A DNA stretch of 27,506 bases from a virus. Taxonomy: Duplodnaviria; Caudoviricetes. The stretch spans positions 1 to 27,506 of the IMG/VR virus record IMGVR_UViG_3300030095_001123; one strand, 5' to 3'. Of the stretch, positions 9,709-17,375 are shown piece after piece (within the stretch, counting starts at the first letter, position 1; every line of letters begins with the position of its first letter). Under the pieces are notes generated by a model. That model had not been told where the DNA came from. It did no database searches and worked only from the letters and a program-made list of their open reading frames with translations. The position numbers were made by a program, and so were the translations under genes.

Positions 9709-9911
9709 CCACACTCATCCTCTAACATAAAGTCTGCCCACTCATATGCTGTACGTCTTACCTCAGACATATTTAAAGCCCCTCTACTACCTGATAGTAT
9801 CCCAGCAAGAGCTTGTCCTGCTAGATACCTTCGGGCAGTGAGGGGTTTTATCATGTCTGGGTTACGCTTCTTGCGTGTGTACTTCTTAGCTTCTTGCTCT
9901 AGCTTGTTCAT
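9705..9911 (-). CDS. conserved small phage protein
   Basis: RRYLAGQALAG...AYEWADFML matches the common phage RDYFAAKAMQG...AY.MADAML family. Confidence 0.7.
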   Translation of the reverse strand: MNKLEQEAKKYTRKKRNPDMIKPLTARRYLAGQALAGILSGSRGALNMSEVRRTAYEWADFMLEDECG

Positions 9912-10053
9912 CCTGTTTTACTTTTTCTAAGTTCTTGAAATATTCAGTATTAAAACCAAACTCCCAATCTTTATTAGGGCGTGTGTCTTTCTTATAAGGG
10001 TTGCCTAACTTACCCTTAATGAAAGCTTCTTTACCCTGATCGTATGGTTTCAC
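9886..10053 (-). CDS. Rmf/CrpP-fold-like small protein (55 aa, absent from the ORF track)
   Basis: Manual translation: MKPYDQGKEAFIKGKLGNPYKKDTRPNKDWEFGFNTEYFKNLEKVKQDEQARARS. GTG start overlaps the upstream TGA and follows a GGAGG RBS. Confidence 0.65.
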   Translation of the reverse strand: MKPYDQGKEAFIKGKLGNPYKKDTRPNKDWEFGFNTEYFKNLEKVKQDEQARARS

Positions 10054-10307
10054 TTATGAACCTCCCTCATAGCTTCTCTCATCCTCTGCATATACCAGTC
10101 AGCTTTATCCATATCCTCTACAGGTTTGTTCTTATACCTGTGACGATGTTGATACTTGATCATGTTACCGTGACAATATGCAATGAAACCTTCAACACCT
10201 AACACCTGCTTGATATAGTCAATGCATTCTATATCACCTATGTTATAATGTAAAGGTTTTTTTACAGGGTCAAAAGATTCTTGATTAGGAAGAGTCCACT
10301 TAGTCAA
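10050..10307 (-). CDS. DUF3310 protein (T7 gp1.7-like putative nucleotide kinase)
   Basis: DPVKKPLHY..GDIECIDYI...GNMIKYQHRHRYKN..EDMDKADWY signature. Confidence 0.88.
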   Translation of the reverse strand: MTKWTLPNQESFDPVKKPLHYNIGDIECIDYIKQVLGVEGFIAYCHGNMIKYQHRHRYKNKPVEDMDKADWYMQRMREAMREVHK

Positions 10308-10310
10308 AAC

Positions 10311-10532
10311 TTATACCCCTTTATCCACATTAAAAGGGAAGGGAGTACATTTACTTATCGCCTCTGCACTTTCACTTGGTCTTGAGTTATATAGCCTTAT
10401 CATGTCTGTCTTTCTCCATTGTTGACAAGACTCTTCACTTATAAAGGCTGTGTTTGGTGAGAATACTATAAAAGTTTTTTCACTTGTTGTTGGTTCTATC
10501 ATCATCATTACTACTGTATAAACCCATACCAT
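10311..10532 (-). CDS. hypothetical protein
   Basis: AGGAG RBS, hydrophobic N-terminus and an F.SEESC...C pattern; fills the operon gap. Confidence 0.65.
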   Translation of the reverse strand: MVWVYTVVMMMIEPTTSEKTFIVFSPNTAFISEESCQQWRKTDMIRLYNSRPSESAEAISKCTPFPFNVDKGV

Positions 10533-10533
10533 T

Positions 10534-10947
10534 TTAGTTCTCCTTTAAATATCTGATTGCGTTTTCTAAATATTTAGGGTCATCATTAAATGCACCTAAA
10601 CCTCTGTTACATTTGTGGCATAGCCAACCTCTAAATTTATTAGTATAATGGTCATGATCAAGAACCCATGGACCATTCTTTTTATTACCATTACCTGCCA
10701 CTTGATCTTCTGTAGATAGGCATATGGGACATACATAATTTTTATCTGGTAGTTCTAATCCTTTACGTAATTTAATACGTACATAAGAAAGTTCGTTGTT
10801 ACATTTTCTACATTCGGATCTTTTATAATTAGCAGAACTGTGTTGTGAAAAAGAGGTTAAAGGTAGAAGACGGTGGCATTTACTGCAAGTTTTACTTTCA
10901 CCATCTTCTATCTGGTAGGATAGTTTTTTAAACAACTCAAGCTGCAT
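10534..10947 (-). CDS. endonuclease VII-family (His-Me finger) endonuclease
   Basis: CPIC...VLDHDH...FRGWLCHKCNRGLG..NDD, with an N-terminal CSKC...CRKC zinc finger. Confidence 0.88.
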   Translation of the reverse strand: MQLELFKKLSYQIEDGESKTCSKCHRLLPLTSFSQHSSANYKRSECRKCNNELSYVRIKLRKGLELPDKNYVCPICLSTEDQVAGNGNKKNGPWVLDHDHYTNKFRGWLCHKCNRGLGAFNDDPKYLENAIRYLKEN

Positions 10948-12857
10948 TAAGTAATATCAACCACTTCACACACGTCACCACTACACGCCATTGTCTGCAT
11001 CCCGCTAGTATTATCTTCTTGTTCATACCCTGCTAACTTTGTCCAGTCAATAGACAATGGTGATGCATCAATCATATTGTAATAATCTTCTTTGTCACAC
11101 TCTTGGTATGGTGCTTGCTGATAGGTGTGTTCATTGTATGGCAAGAAGGATACACCTGACATTTCATCAAAGTGTTTATAAACAAACGCCCCAACATCAA
11201 ACCACTCGTCAGCTTTGACATTGATTGTTACACTAGGTTTATGTTCACACCAATGACGTTGATACATCAGCCACATCTCAAGCTGTTCTAATGCAGTCAT
11301 ATCAGCAGTGCATGTAGCACCTTGTGGTGCTTGCATAGGAAAGCTGAACACAGTAGTAGCATCAGGCTTCATAACGTCAGGTTCATTGGGTATGCCCTGA
11401 TCCATCATAAATTTTGTTAGTGGGTCTTTATTATCTCCACGCACAGTACGGATATAATAGGGAGAGTGACGAGCATGAATGCCAGAAGCTGAGTCAACCA
11501 GTTGGGAAACTGTTCCACTGGGCTTGACACAAGTAATAGCAGTGCTATGAGGGATACCAAGACGGTCAGCCCACTCAGCGTTAGTAGAAATAGCCACATT
11601 TTTAAGATACTCCAAGGTTTTAGATAGACCATTGTTATCTAAGGTCATCAACTTGTTGTCCATTATCCCTGTGAGTGACACACCAAGCAAACGTTCTGCT
11701 GATGTATTTGTGTGCCACACTTTTCGCAAGTATGGGAAGTGTGTGTAGGTGGATTGAAGTGTCCCAAGTATAGTTGCAACGCCGACCTTTCTTGCAAGGT
11801 CTTCCACACTATCGTTAGCACGGATGACAACTTCCGTGAGATTGCAAAACTGATTCGGCCTAAGTATGATTTCTGAGCAGGGGTTTGTTCCGAACTCATA
11901 GCAAGACTCTCTACGGCCATTTTTTGAAGCTTGTTTAATTGATGCTTCTCTGTTGAATATTCCTCGTTCTCCACTACCACTCTCCATTAGGGCTGTCCAT
12001 TCACGCATGAAGGACATACTGTCAGGCTTATCAGTGTAAGCTACTGAGTTATTAGCTAAGGCTCTATGCCCTGCGTTCTCCCACCAGTTACCTGACTTAG
12101 CGTGACGCATACGGTCATCAGAAAGATTAGACAGACTGATCATAGCACTACGTCTTACACCACCTACCACTACTACCTCACCAATCTTACACATTAGGTC
12201 ATGACACTCAATGCTAGATAGCCTACGCCCCTGTGCTTGTTTGAAGGTAGTAACAGCAAAGTTAAACAGATCAATCAGTGGAGCAGGACCAGATGCTCTA
12301 CCACCGAATGTCTTTAGTCTAGCACCAGCAGGTCGGACTTTAGATACATCCCACTTAGGGATTTCACCTGCCCATAGGAGTGCCAAAACTTGTCTCAGCC
12401 CTTTAGCCCAACCTTCCTTGCTGTCCTTGATGACGACACACGTTTCGCTTTGGAAAAGAGTAGGAACATCAGGGAGTTTAGTAATGAACTGACGCTCAAC
12501 ACTGAAACCAACCCCCGTCCCGCAAAGGAGGATGAACATAGCCTCATCGAAAGACTTAGGATCATCTACGGGTAGGTAGCTACAGTTATACATACAGGTA
12601 TTGTCACGTGAGGAAGCCTTACCTGCTGTCATGAGTGACCTCATACTAGGCATTACCTCTAGGCTGAGGATAGCATTACGTATTTCATCTAATATAATAG
12701 GGTCTTCACCTTCAATTAAAGGTGATACAATATTATTTATATATCTTTCTACTGTCTCGCCCCAAGTCTCACGACGACCTTCATCTTCAAGCCATCTGGC
12801 ATATCTACTGGTGGCAATAAATGTTTGATAGTCAGTAGGTAAATAGTTGCTCTTCAT
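10947..12857 (-). CDS. nrdJ: class II (adenosylcobalamin-dependent) ribonucleotide reductase
   Basis: SRYARW, MPSMR, NCSY, GTGVGFS, GGVRRSA, TNPCSEI, TCVKPSGT and a C-terminal CSGDVC redox pair. No beta subunit nearby. Confidence 0.93.
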   Translation of the reverse strand: MKSNYLPTDYQTFIATSRYARWLEDEGRRETWGETVERYINNIVSPLIEGEDPIILDEIRNAILSLEVMPSMRSLMTAGKASSRDNTCMYNCSYLPVDDPKSFDEAMFILLCGTGVGFSVERQFITKLPDVPTLFQSETCVVIKDSKEGWAKGLRQVLALLWAGEIPKWDVSKVRPAGARLKTFGGRASGPAPLIDLFNFAVTTFKQAQGRRLSSIECHDLMCKIGEVVVVGGVRRSAMISLSNLSDDRMRHAKSGNWWENAGHRALANNSVAYTDKPDSMSFMREWTALMESGSGERGIFNREASIKQASKNGRRESCYEFGTNPCSEIILRPNQFCNLTEVVIRANDSVEDLARKVGVATILGTLQSTYTHFPYLRKVWHTNTSAERLLGVSLTGIMDNKLMTLDNNGLSKTLEYLKNVAISTNAEWADRLGIPHSTAITCVKPSGTVSQLVDSASGIHARHSPYYIRTVRGDNKDPLTKFMMDQGIPNEPDVMKPDATTVFSFPMQAPQGATCTADMTALEQLEMWLMYQRHWCEHKPSVTINVKADEWFDVGAFVYKHFDEMSGVSFLPYNEHTYQQAPYQECDKEDYYNMIDASPLSIDWTKLAGYEQEDNTSGMQTMACSGDVCEVVDIT

Positions 12858-13048
12858 CTCTCGTTTCCCATAATAAATAATTGTCTTCGACCATCTTCGC
12901 CTATGTGGGCTTCAAGTATAGTCTTGGCCCTTTCAAGCATAGCACAGGCAAAAAGTAAAGCGTCTTCTCTACTATCACACATAAGTATTTGTTGTTCAAT
13001 AGGTCTCATCAATTGAGCAGCACGACTTGCAGTATCTTTATCGTTCAT
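12854..13048 (-). CDS. hypothetical protein (likely start ATG at 13048, 64 aa)
   Basis: MNDKDTASRAAQ.. start overlaps the mazG end; ATGA overlap with nrdJ. Confidence 0.65.
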   Translation of the reverse strand: MNDKDTASRAAQLMRPIEQQILMCDSREDALLFACAMLERAKTILEAHIGEDGRRQLFIMGNER

Positions 13049-13373
13049 CTCCACTGCCTTTGATTGTACCTCTAGCTTCACGTCCGTCAAGCTTCATCAT
13101 GTTCTGTGTAATAACAGAAGCAAGATTAAAATTATAGTAGTTGGCTAAGGCAGTGGTGTAGAATAACACATCGCCTAGTTCACTTATGATAGACTCAGGA
13201 GATACTTTTTTATTATCACGAATACGTTTTTTAATTTTACCTGCAACTTCCCCTGCCTCTTCACATAGACCAAGAACATTTTCATTAAGTCTGTCTTGTG
13301 GTTCAGTAATTATTTTTCTTTCCACCCACTCACTGTAGTTCTGGAAAGCCTTCATACCCTCTGCACTAATCAT
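13038..13373 (-). CDS. mazG: MazG-like NTP pyrophosphohydrolase
   Basis: LGLCEEAGEVAGKIKK..RD, ELGDVLFY and N..KL..R..RG.I.GSGD.R motifs. Confidence 0.92.
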   Translation of the reverse strand: MISAEGMKAFQNYSEWVERKIITEPQDRLNENVLGLCEEAGEVAGKIKKRIRDNKKVSPESIISELGDVLFYTTALANYYNFNLASVITQNMMKLDGREARGTIKGSGDER

Positions 13374-13566
13374 CAGTTTTTTCCTTTGCTAAAGAAGTTT
13401 TAAGTCTGTCTGAAAGTATCTCAGACACCACATTAAGACTTGTTACTTGATAGTTTAAGTTTGATGCTAAGTTCTTATTGTAGACTATCTCGCCAAGAAT
13501 CTTTTGTTGATCCTCAGTAAAATCTTCTGAGTCATATTCTATGTCGTCTAGTGTTACTTTAGTCAC
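13366..13566 (-). CDS. hypothetical protein
   Basis: GTG start after GAGG. VTLDDIEYD.EDFTEDQ followed by a coiled coil, a common marine phage small-protein pattern. Confidence 0.7.
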   Translation of the reverse strand: MTKVTLDDIEYDSEDFTEDQQKILGEIVYNKNLASNLNYQVTSLNVVSEILSDRLKTSLAKEKTDD

Positions 13567-13723
13567 GTCTTGTTACCTCTGCTTTTGCTATACTCAGGTC
13601 ATCTATTTCATATAGAATGTCCTGTATTAATTCTAGGACTACCCTAGAACTTTCTATATCATCCACCTCTAAATAATTGCAAGATGGGTCTATCTTTATG
13701 TTTAAAATAATTTCATATTCCAT
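13559..13723 (-). CDS. small acidic hypothetical protein (54 aa, absent from the ORF track)
   Basis: Manual translation: MEYEIILNIKIDPSCNYLEVDDIESSRVVLELIQDILYEIDDLSIAKAEVTRRD. Fills the gap and overlaps the next start. Confidence 0.7.
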   Translation of the reverse strand: MEYEIILNIKIDPSCNYLEVDDIESSRVVLELIQDILYEIDDLSIAKAEVTRRD

Positions 13724-13737
13724 AATCTGAAACCCGT

Positions 13738-13767
13738 AGTTATACCATAAAAATGGTAGAAGTCAAG
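13738..13767 (-). promoter_or_regulatory. putative sigma70-type promoter for the nucleotide-metabolism genes
   Basis: Minus strand CTTGACT-N16-TATAACT in an intergenic gap; same boxes as at 21275-21303. Confidence 0.6.
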
Positions 13768-14007
13768 TTATTCTCCACCATTACCCCCAGAAAATATCTC
13801 TAGTGGTTCTATACTTGTCTTAAAATGTTGCACCCATGCATTTGCATCTTCAGGATGCTCAAACCAGTAATCAACGTCTACTATTTTACCGTTAAGTTCT
13901 ACCTTACAGACTAACATGCAATCACAGTTATCAGGATAGTCATCAGGGTCATCACTATCTTCTCTGGATATTGGGCCTGATACTATGTCCCAAATTTTTA
14001 TTGGCAT
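13768..14007 (-). CDS. hypothetical acidic protein
   Basis: 79 aa ORF tightly packed in the operon. Confidence 0.7.
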   Translation of the reverse strand: MPIKIWDIVSGPISREDSDDPDDYPDNCDCMLVCKVELNGKIVDVDYWFEHPEDANAWVQHFKTSIEPLEIFSGGNGGE

Positions 14008-14009
14008 AA

Positions 14010-14357
14010 TTATTCTTTCTTCCAGTTACGTAGGAGTTCAGTATAGTGGTCCATACCTATCATGACAACCCAAGGCTTTCTATCCGAACGGTAGAAAACT
14101 ACAGGCTCTCCTTTGCCATGCTTAGATGCTTGTTCTATGTAACCATAGACAGTCTTAAGGTCATTCTTTCTACGCTTGACCTCAATACTTATGGGCATCT
14201 TCTTACGTGCAGCAGGGGATAGCTGTATATCCTCTCCTGTGTCACCCATAGTTGTGCTTTTAATATCATCAGGTTCAAACTCAGGGAAAGTTTTTAGTAA
14301 CTTGTCTCTGACTTCTTGTTGACCTGTCCTGCCTTTAGCCTTAGCTGCTCTGCTCAA
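14010..14357 (-). CDS. PD-(D/E)XK nuclease, putative Holliday junction resolvase
   Basis: AKAKGR..QQEVRD, GEDI, ISIEVK and EPVVFYRSDR motifs. Confidence 0.8.
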   Translation of the reverse strand: MSRAAKAKGRTGQQEVRDKLLKTFPEFEPDDIKSTTMGDTGEDIQLSPAARKKMPISIEVKRRKNDLKTVYGYIEQASKHGKGEPVVFYRSDRKPWVVMIGMDHYTELLRNWKKE

Positions 14358-15030
14358 TAGGTGGCTCCCATATCTGGTCCACTTCTCTTCTCAACCAAAG
14401 TAATCTAGCATTCTCAATGATACGATCAACGTCACCATCATATGCCTCTACACAGGCATCCCACAAAGATTGTTCAGTCTCACAATCATTTAGAATTTTA
14501 CCTGCTTTAACGGGGCCACAACGATGCAGCCCCTTTATGTTATCAGCTTTGTCACCTGTAAGTATCTGAGTGTAAAAGAACTTTATACCTTCAAACTCAC
14601 TTACAGCACTGAGTTCTCGCCTAGTAAGATTGTAATGAAAGCATGGTATCTGTAACATATCCTTATCAATAGATGCAACTACTGCATTCATCTCTAGTTG
14701 TGTTGCAGCTATAGCAATTAGATCGTCAGCTTCTTCGCCTTTGCTTACAATAGCTTCATACTTATCAGTAAGGTAGTCACGTATATGCTTCAAGTGTATG
14801 GGCTTAGGGGCATCTTTACGGTTGCCCTTATACTCAAGTGTCTTAGCTATATCAAAGCGGTAGTTGCCTTTACCAGTAAGATACACTTGATAATCTGTAT
14901 AGATAAACTCAGTATCCTCAATGACGGTATCAATCAGGGCATCAACTTTATCTTCTGCATCCTTTACCTCAAGATCATTTGAGGAAAATCCTGCACGGTA
15001 TGCAATGATATCACCGTCAATAAGAATCAT
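14341..15030 (-). CDS. 5'-3' exonuclease/RNase H (T7 gp6-like)
   Basis: ILIDGDIIAY, NYR, YKGNRK, EEADD, SIDKDMLQIP and LTGDKADNIKG motifs. Confidence 0.93.
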   Translation of the reverse strand: MILIDGDIIAYRAGFSSNDLEVKDAEDKVDALIDTVIEDTEFIYTDYQVYLTGKGNYRFDIAKTLEYKGNRKDAPKPIHLKHIRDYLTDKYEAIVSKGEEADDLIAIAATQLEMNAVVASIDKDMLQIPCFHYNLTRRELSAVSEFEGIKFFYTQILTGDKADNIKGLHRCGPVKAGKILNDCETEQSLWDACVEAYDGDVDRIIENARLLWLRREVDQIWEPPIEQSS

Positions 15031-15539
15031 TAGAACATCACCGCATCTTCTTCTAAGGTAGGAGTGTCAGTGGGTGGTGCAACTGATTGTACATTGTCAT
15101 CAGGTGCTTGATACTCAACGTGCTTTAGTACCTTAACCTTATCCAAACGTGTGCCTACAATGCTCTTCATCTTTGTATCATAGACTGATACAATAACTTC
15201 AACCAGTGAACCATTACCAATGCCACCTTCAGTGTCATAGTCCCACTCACTGTCATCAGCTTTGACAACTTGTGGTGGTCCATCTGCCCAAGAGTATCCT
15301 GTGTTATACTTACGCACAAGACGCACCATAGTACCTCTACCCTCTGGGTCTTCCTTGCCACGCTTCATAGACTTGGAAGCTTTAAGTAGTGCCATATTCT
15401 TATCATCCATAATCAGATCAAGAGTACAAGCACCATCACAGCTTACATATGCTTCTTCAAAGCCTAACATGTCACGATTCTGAGTAAACACCTTCGCCCA
15501 CTCAGCAATACCAGTTAATTTTAATTTACGTGTAGCCAT
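15030..15539 (-). CDS. single-stranded DNA-binding protein (T7 gp2.5-like); start 15539 or 15551
   Basis: G.AEWAKV, IGNGSLVEV..SVY and RLDKVKVL motifs, with an acidic tail ending in Phe. GGAGG precedes MATRK. Confidence 0.75.
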   Translation of the reverse strand: MATRKLKLTGIAEWAKVFTQNRDMLGFEEAYVSCDGACTLDLIMDDKNMALLKASKSMKRGKEDPEGRGTMVRLVRKYNTGYSWADGPPQVVKADDSEWDYDTEGGIGNGSLVEVIVSVYDTKMKSIVGTRLDKVKVLKHVEYQAPDDNVQSVAPPTDTPTLEEDAVMF

Positions 15540-15554
15540 ACGGCCCTCCATTTA

Positions 15555-17375
15555 TTAGTGAATATCACTATAGCGGAGACCGTACTGCACATCAATGCCT
15601 AAGTCAACATTTAATTTAAGTTCTTCGTTAAGTTTTTTTATAGCCCACAATAATGCATCAGTATGTATCTTTTCATCACCCTTCTTGACTAGGTTAATAC
15701 TTTCATCATGAAACTGTCCAATGATGTTGCCTCTCTTAGTACGGTACAATGCAACCCACTTGTCAAAGCAGTAAGCTCCTGTACTTTGATTGATTGTAGA
15801 GAAGGCATCTTTCTCATAGCGTAGATTGTGCCAGAACTTACTAACTGGATTCTGTACCCACATCTCACCGTCAATCTTTCTGATCTTCTGATCCTCAGCA
15901 AACTGTTTAACAGCCCAGTTACGCTCCCAGTATGCATCAAGTAAAGCTGATGCTTCACCTACAGACATACCTGTTTCACGTGATAGCTTGGCTGCACCTA
16001 CCCCATAGGTAGCTGAGTAGTTGACCACCTTGTAATTCTTACGCAAGGATTTAAGGCTAGACTCACCTGAGTTGTGCTTGTCTATCTGATCCTGAGTAAC
16101 AGCACCAGCATGTTTAGCAAGGTCAAGGTGTGGATCAAACCCTTCCTTAGACATTTCTTCTACATAGTCAGGGTCATAGGGCTTCATGTAGTGACGCTTG
16201 GTAGTGTCCTCAAGGGAAGTCATATCAGCACCGCACAAAGTGTAACCATCCGGTGCAATCAGGCAACCACGTATCTCCCTGCCCCAAGGCTTATCAACAC
16301 CGGGCAGATTAACCAAAGGTTTTACATGCTTGAAGCGTAAGGTGTTGGTCAAACCCTTTACACCAGCTTTTACGTAGCCATCAACTTGACACTGTATAAA
16401 CCCATGAAGAATACCTAGCCTGTGTTGAATGACAGTCAGACCGTCAAGAACATTTACTGCTGGGTTATCTTCAATGAGTAGCTGTACAGACCTAGTAAGC
16501 TCACCGTTCTTACGTATTTGTGGTACTTTCCTATCGTCCTTATAGTCAAAAGTACAAGGCTCCCAGCCTAGACCAAAGAGCCAATCCTTAACCTGCTCAG
16601 GTGAGTTGGGGTTAGAATCCTCAACGCCCCTAACAACAGTCACATCACCCTCATAGTCTTTGGGTAATCCGTGTTGTGATAATAGATCGTACCAACGCTG
16701 ACCATGAGCAGACACAGAGCCATCCTTCTTGACACATACCTTTGGCTTTGTCTTGACGGACATGACCTTACGCATAGGCATGACTTCACGTAGCTCGTTG
16801 ACCTTATGATCTTGTTGCTCTTTTAGTTTCTCAATGCTGGACTCAGCAAGATCAACGTCAAGCTTCCACCCCACATGTTCTGCAACATACGCACAGTTCA
16901 TCTTGAACGAAAGATAACCAAAGAACTTGTCAAGGTTTTTCTTATCCTTGTACACAAATAGAAAACGCTTAAGAAGATTACGCCAAAGTTTCCAGTTGAT
17001 CTTAACATCTTCTTCACAACGATGGATGTACACTTCTACTGGTTGCTCAGACCAATCAGTAACGACTGGTTTGGGTATCCCAAAGTCTTCACCGAATCCT
17101 TCAAGTCCATGCTTACCCCTGTCATAATTCATAACCCATGACATAGGCAAGGTATCAAACAGACGTGCCTTAATCTTGATACCGAGGATACGTTCAAGCA
17201 CAGGTATATCATAGCGTACAATGTTATGACCTACTAAGCCCCTCTCATTCAGTACTAACTGTCTCATGTCTTCGTAGTCAGTGATAGATTTATATTCATC
17301 ACCATCTCTGGTGTAGGATAGGCAGTGTATCTTTGAAGGGTTAAGACCGTCAGTCTCAATATCAAATACAATCAT
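15555..17375 (-). CDS. polA: family A DNA polymerase with 3'-5' exonuclease domain
   Basis: FDIETDG (ExoI), GHNIVRYD (ExoII), RCEEDV (ExoIII), GADMTSLED (motif A), RKNYKVVNYSATYG (motif B), QFHDE (motif C). Confidence 0.95.
   Translation of the reverse strand: MIVFDIETDGLNPSKIHCLSYTRDGDEYKSITDYEDMRQLVLNERGLVGHNIVRYDIPVLERILGIKIKARLFDTLPMSWVMNYDRGKHGLEGFGEDFGIPKPVVTDWSEQPVEVYIHRCEEDVKINWKLWRNLLKRFLFVYKDKKNLDKFFGYLSFKMNCAYVAEHVGWKLDVDLAESSIEKLKEQQDHKVNELREVMPMRKVMSVKTKPKVCVKKDGSVSAHGQRWYDLLSQHGLPKDYEGDVTVVRGVEDSNPNSPEQVKDWLFGLGWEPCTFDYKDDRKVPQIRKNGELTRSVQLLIEDNPAVNVLDGLTVIQHRLGILHGFIQCQVDGYVKAGVKGLTNTLRFKHVKPLVNLPGVDKPWGREIRGCLIAPDGYTLCGADMTSLEDTTKRHYMKPYDPDYVEEMSKEGFDPHLDLAKHAGAVTQDQIDKHNSGESSLKSLRKNYKVVNYSATYGVGAAKLSRETGMSVGEASALLDAYWERNWAVKQFAEDQKIRKIDGEMWVQNPVSKFWHNLRYEKDAFSTINQSTGAYCFDKWVALYRTKRGNIIGQFHDESINLVKKGDEKIHTDALLWAIKKLNEELKLNVDLGIDVQYGLRYSDIH

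Noticed and set aside
15555-17375. Intein, intron or HMO-2011-type DnaJ zinc-finger insertion in the polymerase
   Set aside because: The 606 aa ORF is continuous and compact, with no CxxCxGxG repeats or intein termini.
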